A stretch of DNA of 64,000 nt from Elusimicrobiota bacterium (GTDB lineage: Bacteria > Elusimicrobiota > Elusimicrobia > JACQJP01). Location: the NCBI GenBank assembly GCA_016204975.1, contig JACQJP010000055.1:2098-66097 (forward strand). Direction: 5' to 3'. Within the stretch, counting starts at the first letter, position 1, and every line of letters starts with the position of its first letter. This document shows, one piece after another, positions 10,069 to 20,251 of this stretch. The position numbers and the translations under genes are program-made. The notes under the pieces were generated by a model, which saw only the letters and a list, made by a program, of their open reading frames with translations, did not search any database and had not been told where the DNA came from.

Positions 10069-10941
10069 TTATTGGCGGGCTAAATAATTCCCCAGGGCGG
10101 TCTCCAAAGGCTCAGCAGTCAGAAAAAGCTGGTAGGAGGCCCCCATCCCCTTCAACCTCCAACGATAAGCATCCAAAATCTCTCCCAACAGCCGCCGATA
10201 GAGTTGGGACCACTCCCCGCGCCCCAAACGGAGCTGTGCCCCCTGCTCCAAATCCTCCACGAGAATGTTGCCCTCCCAGGGAAGCTCCCGCTCATCCGGA
10301 TCTAAAACCTGAAAGATCCGGCACTCATGGCGCCTGCCCCGCAAGGCACGCACCCAGGCCAAAAAGTCTTCCGGATCCCCCAAGAGGTCGGAGATCAAAA
10401 TCATCAAGGCCCTTTTCTTGACCCGCCCCTCCAGTTCCCGGAAAGCGAGCCCCAAGTCCGCTCCCCGCTGAGGAGAGTTTTTTTCCAACACCTTAAGCAT
10501 CTCGTGGAAATGATATTGATCGGTATGGGGAGGCAAAAAGGTGGTGGGACCGGGCCCCAAAAGCGCGAGTCCCACGGCGTCCCTCTGGGAGATCAGCAGA
10601 TATCCCAGGCAAGCGGCCAGAAAACAGGAGTACTGCCATTTTGAAATCGCCCCCCGGCTCCGATATCCCATGGACCCTGAGGCATCCAAAAGCAGATAAG
10701 CCTCCAAATTTCTCTCTTCCTCATACTGCTTGACGAAAAAGCGGTCGCTCCTGCCGTAGATCTTCCAGTCCAAACGTTTTAAATCATCCCCGGGGGCATA
10801 CTCCCGGTGCCGGGAAAATTCCAGACTGGATCCCTGAAAACGGCTCCGGTGCAACCCCACCTGCAGACCCTCTACCACCGTCTTGGCCACCAATTGGAGA
10901 TTGCGAAGACTCGCCAGGAGGGAAGGATTTAGATAACCCAT
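10069..10941 (-). CDS. DUF58 protein (MoxR partner)
   Basis: GLHRSRFQGSSLEFSRHREYAPGDDLKRLDWK, LLLDASGSM. Start moved to ATG 10941 because the upstream extension is repeat-derived. Confidence 0.9.
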   Translation of the reverse strand: MGYLNPSLLASLRNLQLVAKTVVEGLQVGLHRSRFQGSSLEFSRHREYAPGDDLKRLDWKIYGRSDRFFVKQYEEERNLEAYLLLDASGSMGYRSRGAISKWQYSCFLAACLGYLLISQRDAVGLALLGPGPTTFLPPHTDQYHFHEMLKVLEKNSPQRGADLGLAFRELEGRVKKRALMILISDLLGDPEDFLAWVRALRGRRHECRIFQVLDPDERELPWEGNILVEDLEQGAQLRLGRGEWSQLYRRLLGEILDAYRWRLKGMGASYQLFLTAEPLETALGNYLARQ

Positions 10942-10966
10942 GGAAGAAGACGAAACAGCAATAACC

Positions 10967-11154
10967 GGACTCTTGCAAAGATATTGAGAAGGGGACTGGG
11001 CGGGGATTGCCTGGAGAAAACCCTGTGCAGCTTGGCCCTGGGCTACGAGCGAAGCGAGAGCCAAGCTGCACTCGGGAGCGAGCCTCGCAAATGGCAAGCG
11101 TTTTCCGGAAGGCAACCCCGGACAGGCCCCTAAAGTACCTCTTTGCAAAAGTCC
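10967..11154 (+). mobile_element. MITE-like element, copy A (188 bp)
   Basis: Ends GGACTCTTGCAAA / TTTGCAAAAGTCC; internal blocks shared with the copies at 55106 and 60176; lies between moxR and DUF58. Confidence 0.85.
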
Positions 11155-11155
11155 A

Positions 11156-12163
11156 TCAATAGGACAACAACTTCTCAACGATCTTGTCCGTGCGAATCCC
11201 CTCCGCTTCGGCCTGAAAACTGGGGATGAGGCGATGCCGGAGGACCGGCGCCGCCAGCGCCCTCAGATCTTCTTCCGAAACGGCGTAGCGGCCATGGAGG
11301 ATGGCTCGGGCCTTGGCTCCCAAAATGAGCGCCTGGCTGGCGCGGGGCCCTCCTCCCCAAGCCACCCACTTGGCAATGAAGTCCGGAACGCCGCCGTCAG
11401 TGGGGCGGGTGAGCCGCACCCACCGCACCGCCTGTCCCACCGCCTCCTCCGAGGCCGGAACCCGGCGCACCACCTCCTGAAGACCCAGGATCTGGCGGGC
11501 ATCCAGCACCTTGCGCAAGCTCAGGCTCTTCTCGCCGGTCGTCTCCGAGACGATGCGCTGCTCCTCGCGCTCATCGGGATAATCCACATGAACCTGAAAC
11601 AGAAACCGGTCCAGCTGGGCCTCCGGGAGGGGATAGGTGCCTTCCTGCTCGATGGGATTTTGAGTGGCCAGGACAAAAAAGGGCTCCGGAAGGGAGTGGG
11701 TGCGGCCGGCCACCGTCACCTGCCACTCCTGCATGCCCTGAAGGAGCGCGGACTGCGTCTTGGGGGAGGTGCGGTTGATCTCATCGGCCAGCAGAATCTG
11801 GGCAAAAACAGGACCCGGAATAAACCGGAAATGCCGCTCTCGGGTAGCGGGATCCTCTTGGATGACTTCCGTGCCGGTGATGTCGGAAGGCATCAGGTCC
11901 GGCGTAAACTGGATGCGCCGAAACTCCAAATCCAGAATCCTCGCCAAACTGGAAACCATCAGGGTCTTGGCCAGGCCCGGAACCCCCACCAGCAGGCAGT
12001 GCCCGCGGCAAAAAAGCGCGATCAAGAGCTCCTCGATCACCGCCTCCTGGCCGACGATGACTTTGCGGAGCTCCCCCACGATCGCCTTCCGAGCCTCGGA
12101 AAGCCGCTCCACCAGCTCCAAATCCTTCTTGGGGGGATTTTCTTCCACCGGCCGCACCCTCAC
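11156..12163 (-). CDS. moxR: MoxR-family AAA+ ATPase
   Basis: GVPGLAKT Walker A, RIQFTPDLMPSD, LADEINR, ATQNPIEQEGTYPLPEAQLDRF. Start approximate. Confidence 0.95.
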   Translation of the reverse strand: MRVRPVEENPPKKDLELVERLSEARKAIVGELRKVIVGQEAVIEELLIALFCRGHCLLVGVPGLAKTLMVSSLARILDLEFRRIQFTPDLMPSDITGTEVIQEDPATRERHFRFIPGPVFAQILLADEINRTSPKTQSALLQGMQEWQVTVAGRTHSLPEPFFVLATQNPIEQEGTYPLPEAQLDRFLFQVHVDYPDEREEQRIVSETTGEKSLSLRKVLDARQILGLQEVVRRVPASEEAVGQAVRWVRLTRPTDGGVPDFIAKWVAWGGGPRASQALILGAKARAILHGRYAVSEEDLRALAAPVLRHRLIPSFQAEAEGIRTDKIVEKLLSY

Positions 12164-12284
12164 CCTCTCCGCCTGAGTCGCAGAATAGACGCCCCAAAAA
12201 AGATAACATGAAAAACCCTCATTTTCAATCATAAAAGCATCATAAAAACTGCCCGGAAAATGTGGATTTTGTATAATCCGGAGG

Positions 12285-13634
12285 GTGAAGATTCAGTCCA
12301 AGAAAATCGTCCTCTGCGCCGGGGTCCGCACCCCCTTCGGCCACATCGCCCGCTCCCTGGCCCAAGTCTATCCGGAGGAGCTTTTCCGGCAGACCTTGGA
12401 AGCTCTCCTGCGGAAGGCCTCCCTCTCCAAAGAAGCGGTAGATGGGGTGATCTGCGGCTGGGTGGGGCAAGGCTTCCATGCCCCCAATATCGCCCGCGTC
12501 ACCGCCCTAAAGGCGGGCCTCCCGGAGCGCGTCCAGGCCTTCACCGTCCAGAACAACTGCATCTCCTCGATTGAATCCGTAGCCGCCGCCGCCCGTTGCA
12601 TCCTCAGCGGCGAGGGGGAAGTTTATCTGGCCGGTGGCACCGAGTCCATGTCGCTATTGCCCTTCACCCTGCAGGGCTCCCGCGCCTCCAAAGAGCTGAG
12701 GAGCCTGGAGGCCTTGAAAAACCGCTGGGGGGAAATCCCCAAGAGCCAGGAGGTTGCTGTGGTGGACTCTCTGGAACAGGGCCTGACCGATCCCGTCCAA
12801 ACGATCAACATGGCGGCCACGGCCGAGGTATGCGCCCAGATATACGAAATCTCCCGGGAAAAACAGGACGTCTACGCTTTGGAGAGCTTCTCCCGGTGCC
12901 TGGCGGCCTGGAAAGAAGGCTTCTACCGTAGCCATGTCTTCCCGGTCACCCGCAACGGGGCGACACTTTTAGAAAAAGACGAATATCCCTTCCTGCGGGA
13001 GGAGCTCGTCTCCAAGCCGGAAAAATTCGCCAAAGCTCCCCTTTCCTTCGACACCTCCAGCTATCCCATCCAGAATTTCTACCACGATTTCGAGCGCCAC
13101 ATGCCGGGCAAAAACTACCAGGCGGGAAAAACAAAGGGGACGGTGACCCTGTTCAATTCCTGCGCCAGATCGGACGGCGCCTCCGCGGTGCTTCTCGCGA
13201 CCGAAGAGAAAGCCCGGAAGCTGAAACTACCCGTTCTGGCGGAAATCGCGGCCTGGGGATTTTACGGAAATAACCCCGCCCACATGGGGATCTCACCCGC
13301 CCTGGCCGCCCCCGTCGCCTTAGAGCGCGCGGGCATCTCTTTCGAGGAACTGGACTCCATCGAGCTCCACGAGCCCTTCGCCGCCACCGTCTTGTCCATC
13401 TTTAAGGTGGGAGAAGAGCGCTTCGGGAACCGATGGGAAGAAAAATGGAAACAGGGCCGCTTGAACCCCCATGGCGGCTCCATCGCCATGGGCCATCCCT
13501 TGGGGGCCACCGGCACGCGCCTGGTCTTAAACCTCCTCTACGCGCTCCAAAAAAAACCCTCCGCCCAATGGGGCCTGCTGGCGGCCTGTGCCGGCGGCGG
13601 CATGGGCGGGGCCATGGTGCTGAAAAAAGTTTAA
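12285..13634 (+). CDS. Thiolase (acetyl-CoA C-acyltransferase)
   Basis: RTPFG, NNCISS catalytic Cys, HEPF, GHPLGATG, ACAGGG. Confidence 0.92.
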   Translation: MKIQSKKIVLCAGVRTPFGHIARSLAQVYPEELFRQTLEALLRKASLSKEAVDGVICGWVGQGFHAPNIARVTALKAGLPERVQAFTVQNNCISSIESVAAAARCILSGEGEVYLAGGTESMSLLPFTLQGSRASKELRSLEALKNRWGEIPKSQEVAVVDSLEQGLTDPVQTINMAATAEVCAQIYEISREKQDVYALESFSRCLAAWKEGFYRSHVFPVTRNGATLLEKDEYPFLREELVSKPEKFAKAPLSFDTSSYPIQNFYHDFERHMPGKNYQAGKTKGTVTLFNSCARSDGASAVLLATEEKARKLKLPVLAEIAAWGFYGNNPAHMGISPALAAPVALERAGISFEELDSIELHEPFAATVLSIFKVGEERFGNRWEEKWKQGRLNPHGGSIAMGHPLGATGTRLVLNLLYALQKKPSAQWGLLAACAGGGMGGAMVLKKV

Positions 13635-14521
13635 CCCCGGGGATGGTATCTTTGGTGGTGGGACTTCAGGTGCCTGCGATCGAGGTGGGTATAGATTTGG
13701 GTGGAGGAGAGACTGGCATGTCCCAGCATCTCCTGGACGGAGCGCAGGTCCGCCCCGCCCCGAAGCAGATGGGTGGCAAAGGAATGCCGGAAGGTATGGG
13801 GGGAAATCTGTTTGGAGATTCCGGCGCGCCTGGCTGCATCCTTTAAATCCCGCCAAAACTGCACCCGGCTCAGTCTCTTGCCGCCCCGCCCCAAAAAAAC
13901 CTCCGGAGCCGTCTTGCGCTGCGCAAATCTCCTCTGCCGGAAATCCAGGTAGCGCCCCAAAGCCTCCACAGCGCGCGCATGAATGGGAATCAAGCGCTCC
14001 CGATTGCCCTTGCCGACGACCCGAACCCAACGCTCTTCCAATTGCAGCTGCTCGCGTTTGAGGCCGACCAGCTCCGAAACCCGCATGCCGGTGGCATAGA
14101 TCACCTCCAGCATGGCATGCATGCGGATCGCCTGCTCCTTTTTGGAGCCGGCACACTGCCACAACAACCTCTGGACCTCCTCAGGCTCCAAGACCACGGG
14201 GAGCCTCGCGGTCCGGCGGGGCAACCCCAGTCTGGCCACGGGATTTTTGGAGAGCTCTCCCTCGAAGATCAAGTAACGATAGAAGCTGCGCAGGGCCTGC
14301 ATCTTTCTGGATAGACTGGCCGGCTTCAGGGACAGCTTGGAATGCAAAAACCACAGGTAGTCCGAGATCTGCGAAGGCGTAATCCGCAGGAAGGGAATCC
14401 CTTTTTTCTGCAAAAACTGTAAGTAGTGTTCTAAATCCCTGCGGTAGGCCTGACAAGTATGGACCGAAAGACCGCGTTCCAGCGCCAGCTGCTTAATAAA
14501 CTCCGAGAGGTGATCGGTGAT
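13631..14521 (-). CDS. xerD: Site-specific tyrosine recombinase XerD-like
   Basis: YATGMRVSEL, GKGNRER, HTFRHSFATHLL, LGHASLSSTQIY. The conserved N-terminus (ERGLSVHTCQAYRRDL) lies in frame upstream of the track's TTG; start tentatively ATC at 14521. Confidence 0.88.
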   Translation of the reverse strand: MTDHLSEFIKQLALERGLSVHTCQAYRRDLEHYLQFLQKKGIPFLRITPSQISDYLWFLHSKLSLKPASLSRKMQALRSFYRYLIFEGELSKNPVARLGLPRRTARLPVVLEPEEVQRLLWQCAGSKKEQAIRMHAMLEVIYATGMRVSELVGLKREQLQLEERWVRVVGKGNRERLIPIHARAVEALGRYLDFRQRRFAQRKTAPEVFLGRGGKRLSRVQFWRDLKDAARRAGISKQISPHTFRHSFATHLLRGGADLRSVQEMLGHASLSSTQIYTHLDRRHLKSHHQRYHPRG

Positions 14522-14524
14522 TTC

Positions 14525-15586
14525 CTACCTCTTGCCGGCTACCTTTTCCTTGGCGGCCGCGGCCGCTCCGGAGACCGGCGCGGCGGAGGCGGGGGAGGGC
14601 AGGAGCTTTCCCTTGATGGCCGCTTCCAACTCCCGCGCAAAGGCAGGGTTGGCCCGCAAATGATTTTTGGCATTATCCCGTCCCTGGCCGATCCGGTCCC
14701 CTTTATAGAGGAACCAAGCCCCGTTTTTTTCCAGGAGGCCGATTTCCGCTCCCAGGTCCAGCAGGCCTCCTTCGCGAGAGATGCCGCTTCCATGGAACAT
14801 CTCAAACTCCGCCACCCGAAAAGGCGGGGCCACCTTGTTTTTGACCACCTTGACCCGCACCCGATTGCCGACCGCCTGGTCTGCAATCTTCAGGGTCTCA
14901 ATCCGGCGAATGTCCAGACGGACGGAGGCATAAAACTTCAGAGCCAAGCCTCCGGGAGTCGTCTCCGGGTTGCCGAACATCACCCCGATCTTCATGCGGA
15001 GCTGATTGATAAAAATCACCAAGGTCTTGCTGCGGGAGACGCTCGAGGTGAGCTTCCTCAAGGCCTGAGACATGAGCCTCGCTTGAAGCCCCACCTTCAG
15101 ATCCCCCATCTCCCCTTCGATCTCCGCTCGAGGCACCAGCGCCGCCACCGAATCCACGACAATCACGTCCAACGCCCCGGAGCGCACCAAGCGCTCGGTA
15201 ATCTCCAAAGCCTGCTCCCCCGAGTCCGGTTGGGAGATCAAAAGGCTGTCCACGTCCACCCCCAGCTTGGCGGCATAAATCGGATCCATCGCGTGTTCCG
15301 CATCAATGTAGGCGGCCATCCCTCCCTTTTGCTGGGCCTGGGCCACCACATGCAAGGCCAAGGTGGTTTTCCCGGAAGACTCCGGGCCGTAGATTTCCAC
15401 AACCCTTCCCCTGGGAAGCCCGCCGATCCCCAGGGCGCAATCCAAGGCAATGGCCCCGGTGGAGACAGACTCCATAGGAGTCAAAGCCCCTTGATTGCCC
15501 AGCCGCATGACGGCCTCCCGGCCAAAATCTTTCTCAATCTGACTCAGCGCCAGCTCCAACGCCTTATTTTTTTCGTCCTTAGCCAT
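14525..15586 (-). CDS. recA: Recombinase RecA
   Basis: [44 protein letters not shown] 15586 with GAGGGG SD. Confidence 0.99.
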   Translation of the reverse strand: MAKDEKNKALELALSQIEKDFGREAVMRLGNQGALTPMESVSTGAIALDCALGIGGLPRGRVVEIYGPESSGKTTLALHVVAQAQQKGGMAAYIDAEHAMDPIYAAKLGVDVDSLLISQPDSGEQALEITERLVRSGALDVIVVDSVAALVPRAEIEGEMGDLKVGLQARLMSQALRKLTSSVSRSKTLVIFINQLRMKIGVMFGNPETTPGGLALKFYASVRLDIRRIETLKIADQAVGNRVRVKVVKNKVAPPFRVAEFEMFHGSGISREGGLLDLGAEIGLLEKNGAWFLYKGDRIGQGRDNAKNHLRANPAFARELEAAIKGKLLPSPASAAPVSGAAAAAKEKVAGKR

Positions 15587-15661
15587 ATCGCACCCCCTCG
15601 CAATCTCCCGATCCACTGACCCCATTCTAGTAAAATCCCCGGAGTGGAACAAGGAGGGAAA

Positions 15662-17425
15662 CTAGGGTTGGGAGGTGACCCATTCCCGGACCAGGCGCCG
15701 AAGGACGGGGAGAGGCACCGAGCCGTTTTCCAAAACGGTATCGTGAAACTTGCGGATATCGAAACGCACGCCCAACCGCTCCTGGGCCTCCCGGCGGATG
15801 GAGCGGATTTCCCTGGAGCCCACCATATACGCCAGGGCCTGCCCCGGCCAGATGATGTAGCGGTCGGTCTCCACCCCGATCTCCTCATCGGACAAGGGGG
15901 CGTTCTCCCTTAAAAACTCGATGGTCTGCTCCCTTTCCCAGCGCATAGAATGAAGCCCGGTATCTACGACCAGCCGGCAGGCGCGCCAGGCCTGAAAGGT
16001 GAGCATCCCCATGCGGGACAACTCCTCCTGGTAAAGCTCCATCTCCTCGGCCAGTCTCTCGGCATACAGCGCCCACCCCTCGATAAAGGCGGTAAAACCT
16101 ACATGGCGGCGAAAATCGGGCAAATCCCTGTTTTCCATCGCCAGGGCGATCTGGAGATGGTGGCCCGGCAACGCCTCATGCGCCGCCAAGGCGGACGTTC
16201 CGTAGCGGTCGCGGGAAGCCGGATCGTAGGTATTGATGTAGTAGATCGCCGGGCGCTCCCCCCGGTCATCCGCAGGATAGTAAAAAGCGGCGGGGGCATC
16301 CTTCTCGCGGTAGTCCTCGATGGGCTTGACCACGCACTCCGTCTTGGGCAAACGCCCGAAAAATCGGGGGAGGCGCCGAGTGGCTCTCTGAAGTTCCCCG
16401 CGCGCCGTTTCCAGAATTTCCTCGCGAGTCGTGAAGAAATTTCCCGTGTCCTTGCGCATTTTCTCCAGGAACGCGGACAGGCTCCCGGCGTGCCCCATTC
16501 TTTTTGCGATGCCCTTCATCTCTGCCTGAATCCGGGAGAGCTCCTCCCGCCCGATCCGGTGAAGCTCGCCAGGGGAAAAATCCAGCGTGGTATGGTAGGT
16601 AATGAGATAGCGGTAGGCCTGGGAACCCCCCGGCAAGGCCCACAACCCTACCCGCGTCTTTCTGGATTTGGCCAGGTAACTCTGCCTAAAAAAATCCCGG
16701 AGTTTCTCAAAGGCGGGGTAGACGGAGTTTTGAATTTCTCCGAGGGTCAAATTCCGGTATTTTTCTGAAAGCTCCGAGGGCAGCTCCTGAACCTTGAGGC
16801 CAAAGGGGGAGCTTTCCGGGGGTGTTTGAAGCAGGCCTTCCAGCTGTTTTAAAACCCGCTGGACCGCCAGGCGGGGAGCCACCCGGCCTTCTAAAACTCC
16901 TTCCTTTAGATTGCCGATGTATTGATCTATGTATTTGGGAATTTTTTGAAAGCGGGCGATCAAGTCCTGGACGTCTTTCTCCGTTTTGAGGGGGGTAAAA
17001 TTCATGAGCTGTGGGAACCAGCTTTGCGGGCCGTCGATCTGGTCCACGTTCCACTGGTAAAGCTTTTGGGGATACCACCGGCGGTCCAAGTCTAGCCGAA
17101 AACGCAAAACCTCCCAACTGACCCGATCCGGACGGGAAAGACCCTCCGGGTCAATGCCCCCGGCACGATTCCATAACCCATCCAGCCGGTCCTGCCAGGC
17201 TTTTCTGCCCTCCGAACCGATCTCCTCGAGGAGTCCGTTGTAGCGTGGGTCTCCCAAAAAGGTGGCGTAGGTGGGGCTATTCTCCAGAACCGCTTCCCAG
17301 TAATCCTCCTGAAGATTCTCCAGCCTTCGGGTTTGCTCCTGCGAGACGCTCCGAGAAGAAAGAAGGGGAGGAAAGGCGATGAGGAGAACGGCCCACCATC
17401 CGGCGACAGTCAGAGCGCGAGACAT
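15662..17425 (-). CDS. DUF885 family exported protein
   Basis: Signal peptide; HEALPGHHLQ, EGWALYAE, WRACRLVVDTGLH, PGQALAY. Confidence 0.92.
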   Translation of the reverse strand: MSRALTVAGWWAVLLIAFPPLLSSRSVSQEQTRRLENLQEDYWEAVLENSPTYATFLGDPRYNGLLEEIGSEGRKAWQDRLDGLWNRAGGIDPEGLSRPDRVSWEVLRFRLDLDRRWYPQKLYQWNVDQIDGPQSWFPQLMNFTPLKTEKDVQDLIARFQKIPKYIDQYIGNLKEGVLEGRVAPRLAVQRVLKQLEGLLQTPPESSPFGLKVQELPSELSEKYRNLTLGEIQNSVYPAFEKLRDFFRQSYLAKSRKTRVGLWALPGGSQAYRYLITYHTTLDFSPGELHRIGREELSRIQAEMKGIAKRMGHAGSLSAFLEKMRKDTGNFFTTREEILETARGELQRATRRLPRFFGRLPKTECVVKPIEDYREKDAPAAFYYPADDRGERPAIYYINTYDPASRDRYGTSALAAHEALPGHHLQIALAMENRDLPDFRRHVGFTAFIEGWALYAERLAEEMELYQEELSRMGMLTFQAWRACRLVVDTGLHSMRWEREQTIEFLRENAPLSDEEIGVETDRYIIWPGQALAYMVGSREIRSIRREAQERLGVRFDIRKFHDTVLENGSVPLPVLRRLVREWVTSQP

Positions 17426-17539
17426 TCGGATATCTTCATGCTATCACATTCCAAAAACTTTTACCGAAAATTTACCCTCCTTTTACCGATTTTTTACCTG
17501 GATCCCCTACACTTTGGGGGACAGACGGAGGAAGACAAG

Positions 17540-18502
17540 ATGATCCCCAGGAACTCTTCAAACCGCTGGATGTTGTGGGTGTCCGGAACCAGCCTGGCTT
17601 TGGCTTCAGGAGCCTCTGTGAACCTGATGGGATGGGATGTTTCCCTTCTTTTGGGCCTGACGGGTCTGGCGGGGGCCGCCCTCTTTTTCTTCCTATTAGG
17701 GGGTCCCCCCAACCTCTCTTGGGGCTCTGGACTCTCCGAAACGCTCTCCCAGCTCTGGCTGGCAGGCAGCACAGCCGGCACCGCCCTTCTGTCAGGAGCT
17801 GTGGTGATGTATGCCTTAAGCGGCGCCCCAGTCTCCTGGAAACAAGAGGCTCCCTTGACCAGCTCTCCTTTTCCGGTAGAATCGGCCTTGGAGGAAACCG
17901 GGGAGATAGTTTTAGAAAGCTCCCCTGGCCTTTCCTCCTTGGAATACCTAGGGCAGGTGATTCAGAGGGTTCCCGCTCCACCGGTCCTTCCTCAATCTAA
18001 ACCGGCGGTTGCCTGGGGCGTTCCCGTTCCCCAGCCCAAGCAAAAGCTAAAGGCGGTTCATGTGGGGGCCAAAAACCAGGTGAGCCAACGCTCCGCGGCG
18101 GTCTCCCCGGTCAAACTTTCCAACAACGCAGGGAGGGCCAAAAGCGGGATAAATCCCGCTTTTACAGCCGCGATGGAACCTTCCATTACTGATCCAAACC
18201 CCGGCGTCTTTGAGGTTCCACAGCTGCTACAAGCTCAAACCCAGGAGCCGGCCGGTCAGATTGCCGGCCAGATCTCGACCGTTGCCAATACCCCCCCTGC
18301 AAGTGAGCAGGCCGGACAGGCTCCGCAGGAGCTGAAGTCGTTGGAGCAAAGAAAGGTGGAAAACCCAGAGGGGACTCGCAAAGAGGAGGAAGCCTCTTCC
18401 GCCAGGATCGTCTCCGGAATCTTCCTCTTTCAGGGAGCAAAGAATCAGTTTCCCTCCAATCAACCTTCGGGAGAAAGCCATGACCCCCAAAAACCCTTTT
18501 GA
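17540..18502 (+). CDS. Hypothetical membrane protein (N-terminal TM helices, long low-complexity tail)
   Basis: GGAGG SD before ATG 17540; about three hydrophobic segments, then a P/Q/S/E-rich region. Confidence 0.6.
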   Translation: MIPRNSSNRWMLWVSGTSLALASGASVNLMGWDVSLLLGLTGLAGAALFFFLLGGPPNLSWGSGLSETLSQLWLAGSTAGTALLSGAVVMYALSGAPVSWKQEAPLTSSPFPVESALEETGEIVLESSPGLSSLEYLGQVIQRVPAPPVLPQSKPAVAWGVPVPQPKQKLKAVHVGAKNQVSQRSAAVSPVKLSNNAGRAKSGINPAFTAAMEPSITDPNPGVFEVPQLLQAQTQEPAGQIAGQISTVANTPPASEQAGQAPQELKSLEQRKVENPEGTRKEEEASSARIVSGIFLFQGAKNQFPSNQPSGESHDPQKPF

Positions 18503-18601
18503 GCGTTGTGCTCCGGCTCTCTATTTTACCGCACTCCCTTACACCATGGGTGAAGGACGCATCAAAGATCCTTCAGATCAAGTTGAGGAGGTGGAACTAA
18601 A

Positions 18602-19036
18602 ATGCAAACGTTAGAGAAAGGAATGTCCAAGATCCTCTTGATTGCGGGTCTAGGACTATTCGGCTGGTTGGGAGGGGTGAGTCAGGGATGGGCTGCTTGG
18701 CCCGGTGAGCCGACCATCCAGAATCCAAACAACGGTGCTACAGTGAGGAAGGGCGCAACCGTCCCCATATACGGCACGATAAAACCCATAAACTGCGTCG
18801 GTGCCTGCCCCAGACCTCGGTATGTAAGAATAACTCTCAAGTCTGGGGGGAGCGTCATTAGGGTTCTTGGACAGGCCTCCATCAATGGGACCAACTGGGG
18901 TACAATCTCCTGGAAGGTAACCGAGTCGGGCAATAGCAACGGCACTGCCAGAAAATACTCCCTGAAGAGGGAAGTTATCTACTCCAACCAGTCTGTGAAG
19001 TCGTATGAAGGTCACGTGGTTTACGTGAAGAACTAG
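18602..19036 (+). CDS. Small secreted beta-rich (Ig-like?) hypothetical protein
   Basis: GAGGAGG SD, signal peptide ending GWA-A, CxxxC pair, beta-strand pattern; visibly less GC-rich than the flanks. Confidence 0.7.
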   Translation: MQTLEKGMSKILLIAGLGLFGWLGGVSQGWAAWPGEPTIQNPNNGATVRKGATVPIYGTIKPINCVGACPRPRYVRITLKSGGSVIRVLGQASINGTNWGTISWKVTESGNSNGTARKYSLKREVIYSNQSVKSYEGHVVYVKN

Positions 19037-19066
19037 AAATCCGGCCTCAGTTCCGGAGAAGTGTTC

Positions 19067-19102
19067 AGGGAAGGGCCGCATGACGCGGTCCTTCTCTTTT
19101 TT
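19067..19102 (+). terminator. Rho-independent terminator
   Basis: AGGGAAGGGCCGC-atgac-GCGGTCCTTCTCT hairpin followed by a T-tract, about 30 bp after the stop at 19036. Confidence 0.75.
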
Positions 19103-19195
19103 GAGTTCACTCAGGATTGCCTGTGTGTTCCTGATGGATGATGGGTCTATTTGGGTTTAGGGAAGTAGCTGTAGCGGAAGTTGAGCACGCCTAAG

Positions 19196-20155
19196 CTAAC
19201 GAGAGGCGGTCAGGAAGGTGGGCTCCTGTTCCTTCTGGTAGTAGGGGAAGGTCTTTCCCGCCAGGCCGGCGATCCACTCCTTCGCCTGGCGGTAGCTGCG
19301 GTTTTTCCCGGTCAAGACGCACAGCACATAGTCCCCCTGGGGACTGAAGATGATTCCGACATCGTGACAGGCCCGCCGCAAGAGCCCCGTCTTATGGGCC
19401 AGCTCCCAATCCGGGGGAAGCCTCTTGGCGATGCGCGTCCGCTGGGAACTCTTTTTTAGAATCTCCAGCATCCTGCGGCTCACTTCCCGATTGAGAAAAC
19501 GGCCCCGGTAGATTTTCTCCAGCAGCATCCCCATCTCCCGGGCGGTCGTATAGTTTTCTTCTCGAACGGGGCGCGAGGTCAAGTCCAGTCCCGCTTCCCC
19601 AATGTTGGTGTGGATCAGCCCCCAGGGCATAAACGCCCCTTTCAGATAATCCATGCCCACTAAATCCACCAACATCTGCATGGCGGTGTTGTCGCTGTCC
19701 GCGATGAGACGCTCCAAAACCGACTCCAGCGCAAACAGGGTGCCCGCCGACTGCCTCCGAAGCCGTCCGGATCCCTTCCGGCGATGCTGGGGCAGCAAAA
19801 CGACCGGAGTCGTCAGCGCAAGCTCCCCCTGGGCAATCCTTTGAAACACCGCCCCCATGACGGGGAGCTTGATCAGGCTGGCGCTGGGAAAAAGGCGATC
19901 CGCCTGATAGCTCCATTCCCGCGCGCTGCCCAGATCCTTGAGATAAATCCCCACCTCTCCCCGGTAGCCTTTGGCGGACTTTTCCAATCGCTTGACCATG
20001 GCTTCCCAAGTCGGGTCCGGAAGAAGGCCTGAATCCAAAACCGAAGAGGAGGAAGTCGAAGGGGGAAGATAGGCCCACAAGCAAACCGCCAAAAGGAGGC
20101 TCAGGAAAAAAACCCAAAAGCGGTAACTCCTGAGAACCCCACGCAGCCGAGGCAC
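19196..20155 (-). CDS. Serine hydrolase, class A beta-lactamase fold
   Basis: FPSASLIK (SxxK), SDN, HKTG, HDVGII; N-terminal TM anchor. Confidence 0.88.
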   Translation of the reverse strand: MPRLRGVLRSYRFWVFFLSLLLAVCLWAYLPPSTSSSSVLDSGLLPDPTWEAMVKRLEKSAKGYRGEVGIYLKDLGSAREWSYQADRLFPSASLIKLPVMGAVFQRIAQGELALTTPVVLLPQHRRKGSGRLRRQSAGTLFALESVLERLIADSDNTAMQMLVDLVGMDYLKGAFMPWGLIHTNIGEAGLDLTSRPVREENYTTAREMGMLLEKIYRGRFLNREVSRRMLEILKKSSQRTRIAKRLPPDWELAHKTGLLRRACHDVGIIFSPQGDYVLCVLTGKNRSYRQAKEWIAGLAGKTFPYYQKEQEPTFLTASR

Positions 20156-20217
20156 CCCATCAGCCTAACAGGAGTTTTTATTTTCCGCAAGCCCCCGTCC
20201 CCCGCCACCGCGGAATA

Positions 20218-20246
20218 TTGAAAAGGAGGGCCCTTTCTGATAGACT
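20218..20246 (+). promoter_or_regulatory. Sigma70-type promoter, probably leaderless
   Basis: TTGAAA-17bp-TAGACT with extended TGn; the GTG start follows after 5 nt. Confidence 0.65.
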
Positions 20247-20251
20247 GGGCC

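Noticed and set aside
10942..11178. N-terminal 79 aa of the DUF58 ORF
   Set aside because: Translates MITE copy A; an ATG at 10941 gives a normal DUF58 start.
13631..14521. Tyrosine recombinase as prophage or island integrase
   Set aside because: Size and motifs fit housekeeping XerD; it is linked to recA with no phage genes or att sites nearby.
14525..14527. Genome-wide TAG reassignment as an explanation for the recA-xerD frame continuity
   Set aside because: Other genes (for example ctpA, cca and the secretin) end at TAG at plausible C-termini, and no conserved gene shows an internal TAG.
19196..20155. Bona fide antibiotic-resistance beta-lactamase
   Set aside because: The fold motifs are present, but a membrane anchor and no clear omega-loop ExxLN motif mean activity cannot be claimed.
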